64,000 bases of DNA from Sphaerodactylus townsendi (Eukaryota), in contig NC_059434.1 of the NCBI RefSeq assembly GCF_021028975.2, forward strand, positions 30,628,001-30,692,000, given 5' to 3'. A program made the translations under genes and the position numbers. Positions 38,834 to 64,000 of the stretch are shown one piece after another. Within the stretch, counting starts at the first letter, position 1, and every line of letters begins with the position of its first letter. Under the pieces are notes generated by a model. That model did not search any database, was not told the origin of the DNA, and was given only the letters and a program-made list of their open reading frames with translations.

Positions 38834-39910
38834 TCTGAGTGTACACTGTCCTCTTCTCCATTTTATCTTCAAAATAACCCTGTGAGGTAGATTAAGTGGA
38901 GAGTGTGTGACTGGCCCAGGGTCACCTAGAAAGCTCCATGGCAGATCCTACCTAACACTCTCTAACCAAACTATTGCATCACACTTGGCTTTCTTGATTC
39001 CATTACCACAACCAACCTTCAGCTGATGGGGCAAGGTAGGTTGCAAATACATAAAGGTTCATTAATATCAACACATAAATAATCAAGACATTAAAGTTGA
39101 TGCTCATAAATACACCAAGCTTAGAAATAAGTATAAAAATCTTCCAGCAGCTGGGGCATCATAGTGCAGCATAGTGCAGTGGTTCTAGCGTTGGGATCTA
39201 TGGAATCCAGGTTCAAATTCCCATTCTTTCATGAAAGCTCTCTGAGCGACCCTGGACTATTAACCAGCTCTTGGCTTAGCCTACCTCAAAGGGCTGTTAT
39301 GAGGATAAAACAGAGGAGCAAAGAATGATGTTGCAAGCCAGCTGGCCACCGGGGGGAAAAGTGGGATATAAGTAAATAAATGTGAAATGCAAAATAAACA
39401 CATATCACAAACTGACGCCTGGAACCAAAGTTTGGAATTGGGAAACCAGCATCGCCTGGAAAAGAGTTCGCCAGCTCTCTTATTTTATTGAAGTCCCTGA
39501 AGAATCCACTCACCCCCCTTCTCTTCCCCCAGCAAGACCGAATGCACGTGGTCCCAAAGCAACCACCACCCTCCACTCTCCTCGCGCCACCACCAGCCTC
39601 TTCTTCCAGCGAAACATCTCCGCTCGCGAACGTCTTTGTTGACGCCAAGTTTCCCTGGATTCGGAAGAGCCCAAACGCTAACCAAAGAGGGGACTTCTAC
39701 TCCCCTCCCGGTCTCCTGTGTATAGTTGGTACAGCCCGGGGAAGAGACCGCAGCTACACGACGCGAGAGGTGCACGACGGGAAATGTAGTTCAATGCTCT
39801 ATCATTTGACGCAGAGAGAGGCTCCAGCACACGTTTCACCCAAGGAGGAGTGACGCGTCAGCTGATCGAGGCGCGCGCAGGGAAGGCGACTTTGGCCTCT
39901 CCTGAGGCAG

Positions 39911-53378
<13,468 letters not shown>

Positions 53379-53554
53379 ACATATATTAAAAGATAATGGA
53401 AAATTAGCTGTTGTAGTTAGAAGAATGTGTACATCCTTTCAAGTAATAGTTATGTATTTTCGCTTAAAATATTACCCTATGGTTGGGAGTCCCAGTCGGT
53501 ATATGTTAATTCCACTATTTTTAGAATGTAAATTAAGAATATGGTGATCTTTTA

Positions 53555-53560
53555 AATAAA
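53555..53560 (+). terminator. Candidate UFSP2 polyadenylation signal
   Basis: AATAAA 177 nt after the stop codon, followed by a T/GT-rich tract. Confidence 0.6.
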
Positions 53561-54153
53561 ATGAGTATTAAACATTGCCATTTTGAACAGTGATTTTTGT
53601 TCCTGTTTTTATTATCTGAGCCTAAGGTTTGCCAATTAGAATATTCATGGGAGTGCATGATGTGACAACAGAGGATAGTATTTTTCAATTGAAATGATGA
53701 CATTTGTTCTGATCAACATGTGCATTGATTCTCAATATATACATTACTGTATCTGAATACTGTCTAAAATAATCTGTTGGGCCCAGTGCTGTACTGGAGT
53801 AGAATCTTGTTGCTTTGCATAGTGTTTTATCTTCCTTTCAAAGACATCACTCCAGTCTTTCTGCCTTCTCTATGCATATGTTATGCAAGTGAGTTTAGCA
53901 TTTTGTTTAGCAGGATGAGCAACAATCACAGTTAGTACTGGATATGATACCCTTATATGTAGAAATGGTAGAAAAGCATTGTTTATGCATGTTTATTAGT
54001 GCATAAATACAAGAATGTTTTAAAAGGTATCCTCTTCAAGAAGCAAATTGTTCTCCTTCTCAGAAGGAATTGTTCAAAACAGTTGATTTTGAACAACGTT
54101 TGTCTGTGGACTTGATGGTTTTCTGGAGCTGTTCAGAGTGTTCTCGTTTCTCT

Positions 54154-57100
54154 TCATGCACCTTTATGTGACATCAAAAATGTTGGATCTGTTTAAATGC
54201 AGATAACAAGTTTATTTTACCAGTGCACAGGAAGAATCCATATTAACATTTGTGGGTGTGTGCTGTCAAGGAGCAGCCAGCTTATGGCAACCCTGTAGGG
54301 TTTTCAAGGCAAGAGTCTTAACAGAGGTGGTTTGCCATTGCCTGCCTCTGCAAAGTGACCCTAAAATTTCTTGGTGGTCTCTCATCCTGTACATAAGCCC
54401 CAGAAGTGGAAACCAGTTTTTGGTGAGGTGGTCTCCCTTACTCTGTTCATTCAAGAGCAAATTAATATGATTGTTGTTAGTGGAAACCATTTGGAAAAAC
54501 AGAGTGAAAGTGAGTGGGATACAATCAGGCATAGTGCACCTGCGTGCAGTTTAACAGTGTTGCTAGATGGTTTTGTAAAGTCTTGCTCTGTGTTCTCCAA
54601 ATGTTGTAATAGACAATGGCAGTAAAGGTTGACATTAATATGAGAGATGGAAGGAGCCCTGTTCTCTCATTCTTGGAGTGGCGTCCTGACTGTTCTTGGA
54701 AGCACTGCATCCCACAACTGTATGGCTTAGGCATCTTTGAAAGGGGAACATCTTGGTGTTAGAGAGGCCAGTGCTGAATGGAAGTTGTAGGTAAGCAGCA
54801 AGGACAGTGCTACTAGCTGATAACTAACAATCTACAATGACTATTACTTCTATTTTGAATGGTAGGACACGTCTAGAAAAAGTAACTTTTCCTTGATCTA
54901 TAGTTCTATACCTTGATATGATTCCTTGAGATAGAGAAAAGTTCATCTACACACGTTCTGTATGTTGATGCAGCTTCTGACTGAAAGCTGCAGTTAGGAG
55001 AAGATGCCTTTTTAAAGCAAGTCTATTGGTTAGTTAGTGATAGCTAAATACTGTACCGTTTGTTCTCATTGTCTTCTTGCTTATAGGTCTTCTGCTTTCA
55101 CTTGCTCGTTTTGGTCTTGTTGCCACCTCTGTCCGCCTGAGGGAATCATGAACTTTCCTATTCTGGGTTTCTTTCACTGTCTTGAGGAACTGAGCACATT
55201 CCCCAAATCCAAAAGCCAGTGCCAGGTCTTCTGCAGTTTGTCCCTTCTTGTTGCACAAGCTAGAATACAAAATAAAAACTCTATTATACATTTGAATGCT
55301 GATATTTCTGATACCAACGTTTTGTTTTCAAAGTGTCAGATGAAGCAATGTATTCAAACACAAAAAACGGCGGCACTGTGTGCACTCATTTGGGAGCAAA
55401 CGTCATTGAATGCAGTAAGATCAAGTTATATCACTCAACAAGGGTGGGCATCCAGCTCCCTGATTTCCAATAAAAGGATCACTGTGATCTAGTTAGTTAT
55501 GCTTAAGTCATGTTGAAATCAATGGACCAAATCAGACACCTCCAGGTCCCATTGATTTCAGTGGGAGGTTTAACAGCAATTCATTTTAGTTGACTCAAGG
55601 GCACATTCCGCATATGCAGAATAATGCACTTTCAAACTGCTTTCAGTGCTCTTTGAAGCTGTGCGGAATAGCAAAATCCACTTGCAAACAGTTGTGAAAG
55701 TGGTTTGAAAACGCATTATTTTGCGTGTGCGGAAGGGGCCAAGGTTCGATTTTTTAACAAAATTATTTGGAACTTCCTTCTACCAGTTTGTGAGTGATCT
55801 TTTTGTAAACTAAACTGACATTCAAAGTGTATATGTGGAAGAGGAAACGAAGATAACCACATATTTTGACCAGCTTTGAAATTCATGTTTGCGCAAATAA
55901 ATTATCCATTATATGTTGTCTCAGATAAGGATGTTAGTATGGTCAGGTGAGGTTCAGTGGTTGATAAAATTGTATGGTTCCATATTAGAATATAGTCCAC
56001 ATTAGAGTATAAGAATTATCATTCGTTTTTACATGCTGCCTTTGTCAAAACCAATATTTTGTGCATTACTGAACATGGTTCTTTGATTAAAAAAGCACTA
56101 AATCATTATCACCAATGATTTGTCTTTTGTAACCTGTTAGGCACTAATACCCAGGCAGATCATTCTGCAACAAAGAAGGTCCAGCATGTTGAGTTCTGAG
56201 GCAGAGGAAAATACAACACTACTTACATATTTTTCTGAGGCAGACTATAGTGATCAATATTGCAAATGGTGTACTTACTTGATGGTGGCACGACCGGAAA
56301 CAAGTAAGGCGAGACACTCCAAACTCCCAACTTTAGCAGCTTTGTGAATTGGAGCTTCCCCAAGACAATCCTTTAAAAAGATGTTGCATTCTGTAATCTC
56401 AGCCACACTTCATTGTTATAGTCAGATAATAAAGCACCGAGGAATGAAATTATTTGATCTCTAGCTTGCTGTTACTCGTGTCGTCATAATCTTAAATGCA
56501 AGAACTTTGATCCAGTCAATATGGGTTAACAAGCAGAGACAAGTTTTTGAGTGATGGTCTCTGGATGAGGCCCACTGATAAATACCCATACCTTTATCAA
56601 ATTTTCTTGTACTATAAAAAATCTTAAGGAAACTGATTTCTGCAGCAGCTCTAAATGTTACTTGGGTACATTTAAAAGGCCGAAATTATATTTAAGAATG
56701 CTCTAGCTGCTTCTTAAAATTAAACAAGGGAGACCCCATTCATTCAAGATTATTATTTAAAAGAAGAAAAGCTGTCTGTGAAAAGGTTTTTAAAAAGCAA
56801 GGTTTTAAGAATAATTTTCTGCCCTTCCTCCAGTATGAGTGAAAACCCACCACTAAACCTGAATAATTTGGGCTAGTTGCTTTCCAAATGAGCAGCAGAT
56901 CAAAGAGTCAATTCCTATAACAAAACACCATCACTTGCTATCCTCTTGATATTTTATTAACTAGGAAATGAAAACCCAAAGTTCTATCTATTCCATGCAA
57001 AGAAAGCAGAGCTTGTAAAACCTTCAAAAGCAAGACTAGCTTTGCAGTGAACCAGTCTGCTCGCAGTGCCAGGGAATAGAGGTCTATTCAACCTCAGTAA

Positions 57101-57631
57101 CCAGTTGACATGTGTGTGATATAAATCTTTCAAATAAATAAAAGACAAGAGGGTCTTGCTGGAATAAAACAGCTCAAGAAATAAAAACATGACTTGTACC
57201 TGTTGGTTCAAATTGGCTCCTGTCTGCAATTGCCAAAGCAGGAAAAAAGGATGTCCTCCGTGAGCAGCCAGATGTGCTGGATCTTGGCCCACAGTATCAG
57301 CAGGTATGTTTACTTCAGTCCCTGCTTGTAGCAGGTGGCTCAGGCTCTCCGACTGCAAAGTGAAGTGATTGAAATGAACAATTGGTACAGGAAGATTGGT
57401 CTCCTGCGCCCACGCTAACAGGCACCAAGGTACCCAAGCAATTGCAACTGGAGATCATAAAGGAAATGACCAGCAGTTTGCTACAAGGTTAAGCTTCTGC
57501 TATTTCTCATTAAACTCGGGAGTGTAAGCAGTAGCATGAGAACTTTAGCTATCTCCAATTCACTCTCTGGAATTCCAATGCTGAAGTTCCCCAAGACTTA
57601 CCTCTGTGTTGCCTTCCAACAGTAACAACAT
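54154..57631 (-). CDS. ANKRD37: Ankyrin repeat domain-containing protein 37, about 170 aa
   Basis: Exons 57631-57602 (MLLLLEGNTE), 57352-57200 (...FLLWQLQTGANLNQQ), 56370-56279 (DCLGEAPIHKAAKVGSLECL), 55259-55057 (LCNKKGQTAEDLA...) and a tentative last exon 54188-54154 (DPTFLMSHKGA*). Read-through of exon 4 would instead stop at 55034. Confidence 0.92.
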
Positions 57632-57699
57632 CCTTGGGTTTCACTGGGAAAAGAGTTGTGGTGGGATGGGATTTTTTTCAGCACTGCCTCTTCACCTCC

Positions 57700-57950
57700 A
57701 CTGCATCTTGTACACGCTTGAGCTGCTGGGCCAGCTGAAGAGGAGACTCTCTGGCGGGAGTCCCGCCCTCTCTGCTGGGAGCCGGTTTCTGCACGTACGC
57801 AAACAAGAGCACATGTGGTGTAAGTTCTCTTGCTGTGCGTTGATTGGCTCAGCCTGTGCTTGGCTCTCTTATTTATGAGAAGAGAGGAAGCAGCAAGAGC
57901 TTGGGGCAGGTGGAGCAGCCATGAAGCACAGTGGAGTTAGACACGTATCA
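57700..57950 (-). promoter_or_regulatory. ANKRD37 proximal promoter with hypoxia-response elements and CCAAT box
   Basis: Minus-strand TACGTG at 57792-57797 and 57942-57947, GCGTG at 57713-57717, CCAAT at 57843-57847. Mammalian ANKRD37 is an established HIF-1 target. Confidence 0.6.
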
Positions 57951-58117
57951 CACTCCCTGGGCCACCCACAGTCTGGTCTCTTTTTGACCACAGCCACAAC
58001 AGAGGAAGGGAGGGAGGAAGAAAACCTATCCTTTCAAAATAAATACTGACACTTCCTACTGAAGGGAGTTGGAAGATAGGAATATTCTTAAAATAATTCC
58101 TTCCCTTACGAAGAAAG

Positions 58118-58120
<3 letters not shown>

Positions 58121-58184
<64 letters not shown>
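58121..58184. repeat. (CA)32 microsatellite
   Basis: Uninterrupted dinucleotide run. Confidence 0.98.
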
Positions 58185-58185
<1 letters not shown>

Positions 58186-59479
58186 GTAGCATTCAAAAAG
58201 AAGGGATAAAACATGTACAGGGTAAAACAAAGTCATAATAGGAGCTCTGATATCATAAATACTCTTCAACCAAATAATCTCAGAGCACAGTTAAGATCCC
58301 AGTGTTATAAATGGTTTCCCATGTCTACAGTGGTCTGTTCTTCCTCAGAATACTGTTCATTTTTAGAGAATACATGGAAGGTAGTAATCAGGAAAAGAAC
58401 ATGGATGTCATGTTTGGCCACACCCTATCAGAACACAAACCATCATTATGTCAGAGGCATAGTGGTTAAAGCGTCATACTAAGATCTGGGACAGCCAGGC
58501 TCAAACCTGTATGAAGTTTTCTGGGTGACCTTGAGCTGGTTACTCTCAGTTTAACCCACCTTACAGGGTTGCTGTGAGGCAAAAAGGAAGGAAAGACAGC
58601 AATGCATACTGTCCTGAGCTCCAAGGAGGAAGGAAGGAATAACTATGTACTCCAAAAGTAAAGGAATACTTTACATAGCGTTTTAGAAAGTTCAGCACAC
58701 ACTACACATCTCAGGAACCTTACAACAACCTTGCAAGGTAGGAATATTGAGAGAAAGTGGCTTCCTTAAGGGTACCTAGTGAAGTTGTGGCAGAGACAAT
58801 ATCTGAGTGAGGGACTTCCAGCTTCACAGCTAACATGGACTATTCCAGTCCTGAATGATGATCAAGATGCTTCTTCAGACAAACAATTCATTTGTTCTAG
58901 GTGGTAAACTATCACCTCCCTTGTATCCCAGCATCCCATATCCTGTTTATTTCACGTGGCTTTTTTTCCTCTCACAAAGTATATCCATATTCTTCTGACC
59001 TGGGCCTCTTGAAGTGTACCTGAAACCTATCAAGGGAGAAAGTTCTGATCAACATTCTGTCAGTGAGCTAATGTGATGTAGCGGTTAAGAGCGGTGGGCT
59101 CTAATCTGAACCGGGTTTGTTTCCCCACTCGTACACAAGAAGATTTGTTTCTGCACTCCTACATTCCTGCTGGGTGACCTTGGGCTAGTCACTCTCTCAG
59201 CCCCACCTGCCTCACAAGGTGTCTGGGGTGGGGAGAGGAAGTGGGGTCTCAATTTCTTCCCAAAGAACATCAGACTTCAGTCACTCACACGTTACTTGCT
59301 GTTATGGACAGCAGAATATCATAGATAAGGATGAATTCTGGCTTTATATAAGACAAAATCCACAAGGACTTGGCGGGGGGGGGGGTCGATTTTCCCTTTC
59401 CCCAGGTCACTCTGCGAGCTCCCTGGAATAACGGGGATACGAACTCTTGACTTCCAGTGGTCACTCTGACATGCCAACC

Positions 59480-59890
59480 AAACTTCTCGGAGACCCTGTT
59501 GTGACATCTCAAGATTTGCCCCGCCTCTTTCAGAACTAACAATGCCGCTCAATGCCCTTTCACCAATACGGTGACGCTTCATTCTTAACTCGCGTGGGAT
59601 TGGAGGAAGAAAGAACGGTCGAGACACTGGGTGGGTGTTTTAGGAGCGCTAGGCGCCGTTGCTAAGAAACGCGAAGCTGCCTGAACTTAGGGCCTCACAG
59701 TGAGGGCTTGTTTGGAGGTCGGGAGGCGATGGGAACCGAAGGTGAATTCAGTGAGTCACGTGCTCTCCTTGTTTGGGAAGATAATCGGGCGGGCACACTC
59801 ATCCCTTGAACCACAACCACCCTTTATCCGATTGTCTAATTTTTGAGTGAGGCAGGGAGGGGTTCAAGCCACATCACGTGTGCTAACAGT
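59480..59890 (+). promoter_or_regulatory. CpG-rich putative LRP2BP promoter and non-coding first exon
   Basis: CpG enrichment; X-box-like GTTGCTAAGAAAC at 59658-59670; candidate donors at 59742 and 59751; CACGTG at 59757 and 59875. Position fits the head-to-head ANKRD37/LRP2BP arrangement in human. Confidence 0.5.
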
Positions 59891-60759
59891 TCTCACCCCC
59901 GATCCTAGAAGTACTGTACAGGATCACTTCTGGTGGTAGTGATGATTAAAAATGCACTCTGTGCATGATCAGAAGGCTGTTGTCATCTTTACAATTAGCA
60001 AAGTCTCTGTCGTGGATCCCAATTTGCTCTGGTTAAAAAATAAATCATGAATCCCATCTCCATTGATCTTGTAATTTCCCATTGGAGTGAGAACATCCAA
60101 GAGTTCTCGTGGAGCAACGTGAGTTAATGCATTAATCCTCTGCAGCTCTGAAGTGCTGTGGCATATAAATGAATTAAATGAATGCTCTTCTGGCAGACAC
60201 TGTATGAGCACTTGCTCAGTTAGCTTAGAGCAGGGGTGTAGCCCATGAACATCTGGAGGGCCAGAGTTGGACACCCCTGGCTTAGAGGGTTCCTATATTG
60301 ATGAGGAAGTCTGTGGAGCACCTTCTGAAGGAGACCCTCCTTTTTGGATGCTTGCTTTTAAAATGAGAATTCCAGGTGGGTAGATGTGTTAGTCAAGCAG
60401 GAGTCCAGTGGCATCTTAAAGACTAACAAAATGTGTCCCAGGGTAAGCTTCTGTGACTCAAAAGTGAGCTTTCACTAAAAAAAATATTTTAGAAAACATT
60501 TTGATACTCATTCCAATGCTGCTGGACTCCCAACTTTGCTGGACTCCAGTGTGTTTCTTCATGAAAAACATCCCTCTGACATGCATATAAAACATTTCCA
60601 TTTCTCAAACCAATTTTCTTTCCATATTTTTACATACTCAAAATTCCAAAGAGGGATCAAGGAATGACGAGTGCAAACTGCATTTACATTTCAGCCTTTG
60701 AGTGCATCTTAAAGACTTTGGAATTAGTATGCATAGAAAGAAGAGTATCTCAAAGCTTC

Positions 60760-62355
60760 ATTTATGTATTATATTTATATCCCGCCCTTTCTAGCACAGC
60801 CAGGCTTAGGGCAGCTTCCGACAACAATAAATACAATGTATTATTAACATTAAAATACATAACTGAAAACTTTAAAACTGTAAACCTATTTTAAAGACAC
60901 GGGTGGCACCCAGACGACATATCTCGTTCATATAGAACATATAAGTAGTTCATATAGATAAGCTGTCCTCAACAGAAGAAGAAAGGAGGTTGTGACAAAT
61001 CTCACGACAGGAAGGCCAACATCCACCAAGAGGTCCACAGGTCCAAGGAGGAAAGGAGCAAGGAGAGGGGGGAAAGGGACTGAAGGGAAGGGAAAGGAGA
61101 TGGGAGGAAAGGAAGTGGCAGGAGGCTAGGTAATTCACAAAACTGTCGCTGTCCTGAACCATATGCCCTTCAGAACTGAGCTAAGTCTTGCAGGGCACAG
61201 GTCTCATTAGAGAGTTTCACCAGGCTGGGGCCAGAGCTGAGAAAGCACAGCCAGATGGTTCTACGGCAGTGAGGGTGAACCTTTTCGAGACCGAGTGCCC
61301 AAATTGCAACCCAAAACCCACTTATTTATCACCAAGTGCCAACACGGCAATTTAACCTGAATACTGAGGTTTTAGTTTAGAAAAAAACGGTTGGCTCTGA
61401 GGCGCACGTCACTCAGGAGTAAGCTTGGTGAAGCAACCGTGCAACGCTTCGAATGGGTGAATCACGACCCTAGGATGGTTTATTCAGAAGCAAGCCCCAT
61501 TGCCAGCAACCAAGCTTACTCCCAGGTAAAGGATCGTGCCCAGGCTAGCCTAGATGTGTGTGTGTGGGGGGGTGATTTTCCGCCCCCCCCCCCACACACA
61601 CACGATGAACTCTATGCACGTGTGCCCACAGAAAGGGCTCTGAGTGCCATCTCTGGGACCCGTGCCATAGGTTCGCCACCGCTGTTCTAGGGTCAAGAAC
61701 TACCAGGAAGTTGTGCTCAGATGAACATAATGCTCTCTGGGGAGGAAGGAGTGTATTGGGAGCGGCTGTTCTGCAAATATGATTGTCCCAGACCATATAG
61801 GGCTTTGAAGGTAAGGGCAAAATGGTTCCATCATGGCACTCTATCCGTAGACATCAGGCCAGTATCTACATCCTAGATGGATGCTATTATGTCTGAATCC
61901 AGAGAAGGGGAAGTGGAGTCTGCATGAACATTGAAATCTCCCAAGATTATCAGATATCTCAAGACCAGTCCAACATCACTTCTTTCAGGATCAGTAGAGT
62001 ATATGCTGGTATGCTAGGCAGTCAGTGCACCAGCAAGATAGCCACAATCTCCACAGAATCCCATACCAGACCCACATGCTCAGTGCCAGAGATCTCCAGG
62101 TGGGGGTGGGAAATGTTCTGCAGGATAAATACTCTCGGATGAACATTGCCATTCCACCTTTCTGACACTTTTTGTCTGGGACTGATGAAGGATTAAGAAA
62201 CCTAGGGAGACTAGTTCTTTTAGGGTGACTGTTCCACCCTCCCTCACCCAGATTTCACTCACACAGACCAGGTCACGCATACCTTCTTGGGCTGCAAAAT
62301 AGCTTTGCAGCATCACGGTCTTATTATTTATGGACCTGGCATTGCACAACATCAG
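60760..62355 (-). mobile_element. Fragmented L2 LINE with a nested hAT insertion
   Basis: 3' tail near 60760-60830; endonuclease-like motifs CNARSINNK...DLVCVSEIW at 62080-62352. Confidence 0.65.
61267..61684. mobile_element. hAT MITE with CAGTGATGGCGAACCT-type termini
   Basis: CAGTGAGGGTGAACCT / AGGTTCGCCACCGCTG ends; TSD TTCTACGG/TTCTAGGG. Confidence 0.82.
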
Positions 62356-62973
62356 CTAGCAAAACTCGTCTGCTACCTGCTTAATAGTTTATCCTTTTCT
62401 AAAAAAGAAAAATGTCTTTATCTTCCCAGGCTCTCTCAGATGTTCGGCCACTTTTTGCTTTGTGGTCCCCCAACAATAATTAAACATTAAAAAATGAAGT
62501 CCCACAGTGTGCATAAAAACAAGCCATGAAATTGATCAAATGCCAAAAAAATTAACAAATGCCTAAATCTGATCCTCCCCTTTGAGTTTTAGGCCCAGGT
62601 CAAGTGTCTTGCATTGGCTGTTCCCTCTTCAAGAAAGAATGTCCTATGCTGAGGGAAAACTCCATCAGTTTGTGCCTACAGGGAATCACAGCCTTTGCAA
62701 CTTTTTGAGCCAGGATGATATACCTTATTTGGGCCTTGTTGCCAGCATAATGTGGTCAGGAAACTGGCACATATCAATGGGGTGGGGGTACTAATTGAAA
62801 CTGCTTTCCTTTGACTAAGCCAGGGGTCTGCAAACTGGCTGTCCAGCCACTTGGCCATGCTGGCAGGGGCTGATGGGAATTGTAGTCCACAAACATCTGG
62901 AGAGCCACAGTTTGCAGACCCCTCACTAAGCCAATTTGAAAATTCCATGGTATCATGCTAATAACGTCAGAGC

Positions 62974-63395
62974 CAGGGTCTTATTAAGATCTTTAGAGGC
63001 CCCTAAGCACTGAAAATATTATGATACCCCCATGTAATGAATATGTAATTCAAAATAAAAACAATACTTCACACACACACAACATATATAATTTTAATGA
63101 ACAAATGTCATTATATGTATGAAACAAAACACCTGTTGTTCCATTGCTTTCTTGCCTTGAAGATACGTAGCATTTTAACTTACATGATTAAAATATTTTA
63201 TATATATTCAATGCTATAATTATATTACTTTTTTTTTCATTTGTTGTGGGGCCTGCTTTTTATGGGCCCTGGTTCAGCTGCAACAATGCAACGTGGTCCG
63301 TTGTAAATCCAGCAGTGGATAAAACCTCTGTGTGGCCCCCTCTACTTGAGGTCCTAAGGACGTGGTTATTTTGCTTAATGGTTAATCCAGGGCTG
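62974..63395. mobile_element. Degenerate hAT-like element
   Basis: CAGGGTCTTATTAA / TTAATCCAGGGCTG ends; 6/8 TSD GTCAGAGC/GCCAGAGG. Confidence 0.4.
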
Positions 63396-63990
63396 GCCAG
63401 AGGCCAAGCAAGAGGGCAGCAGGTTGCAGCCTTCCCACTTTCGAAAATGCTCGCTTCCAGAATATAGAAGACATCTCTGGGGGACGGGGGCAAGAATGCT
63501 TCTGCTTCTCCTTTTTGAATATAATAGTCCTTTTTGTTCATAATAGTTAAGTGCCTTGAAATCTGAGGGGCTTCCTGCATTCATCCAACACACTGATGTT
63601 TTTCAAGAGGTTCACAGAGATTTCAAGCCTCCCTCATTTGGAAAAGTGCGACCTACTAATATCTCCAACTAAGCCTCTCGTCATTAGCAAACTTCTCTAA
63701 ATAGGACAAAATGCAGAATGGCCCTCATAACAAGAGTCTCTTGAAAGGTATGAGTGTTTGGAACTGTGCTAGCCTACAGTGGGAAGTTGGGGTAATATGA
63801 AAAATCAACCTAAGATGCCCCTCTTAAGAAGAGAGCCTGAAAAAACAGGTGTGTGACATTTTGATTTGGAATAGGTGGTGAGAGGGACAAAACAAGAGTG
63901 GCTGGGTGACCCTCATAATCTCTTATATTTAGTCGTGTTACTCCTAACTTTATTCTTTTATGGCAGAAAAAGAGAACTCGAAAGAAAGAC

Positions 63991-64000
63991 ATGAAGCTGA
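63991..64000 (+). CDS. LRP2BP: Probable start of LRP2-binding protein, truncated by the window edge
   Basis: Branch-like CCTAAC, pyrimidine tract and CAG acceptor (exon opens at 63967), then ATG AAG CTG = MKL, as in the recalled human start MKLTSE. Only three codons are visible, so the call rests on synteny. Confidence 0.55.

Overview
Vertebrate genomic DNA, not prokaryotic. The repeat content points to a squamate reptile, probably a gecko (inference). The window holds the gene block syntenic to human 4q35.1: the last three coding exons of PDLIM3 (+), CCDC110 (+), CFAP96/C4orf47 (-, complete 310-aa CDS), UFSP2 (+, complete 12-exon CDS), ANKRD37 (-, 170 aa) and, at the right edge, the probable start of LRP2BP (+). 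Exon boundaries were read by hand from GT-AG junctions and phase continuity. Gene names rest on my recall of the human orthologues, not on a database search. Non-coding DNA is dense in hAT and PIF/Harbinger MITEs with visible TIRs and TSDs, plus CR1 and L2 LINE fragments, tRNA- and 5S-derived SINEs and Penelope-type remnants. Most of the supplied short ORFs are spurious. I found no convincing new biological system. The best leads are a SPIN MITE with a captured SINE-like filler, decayed hammerhead ribozyme cores, MITEs carrying ZNF143-type motifs, a possible N-terminal extension of UFSP2, and RFX/CRE/HRE promoter motifs.
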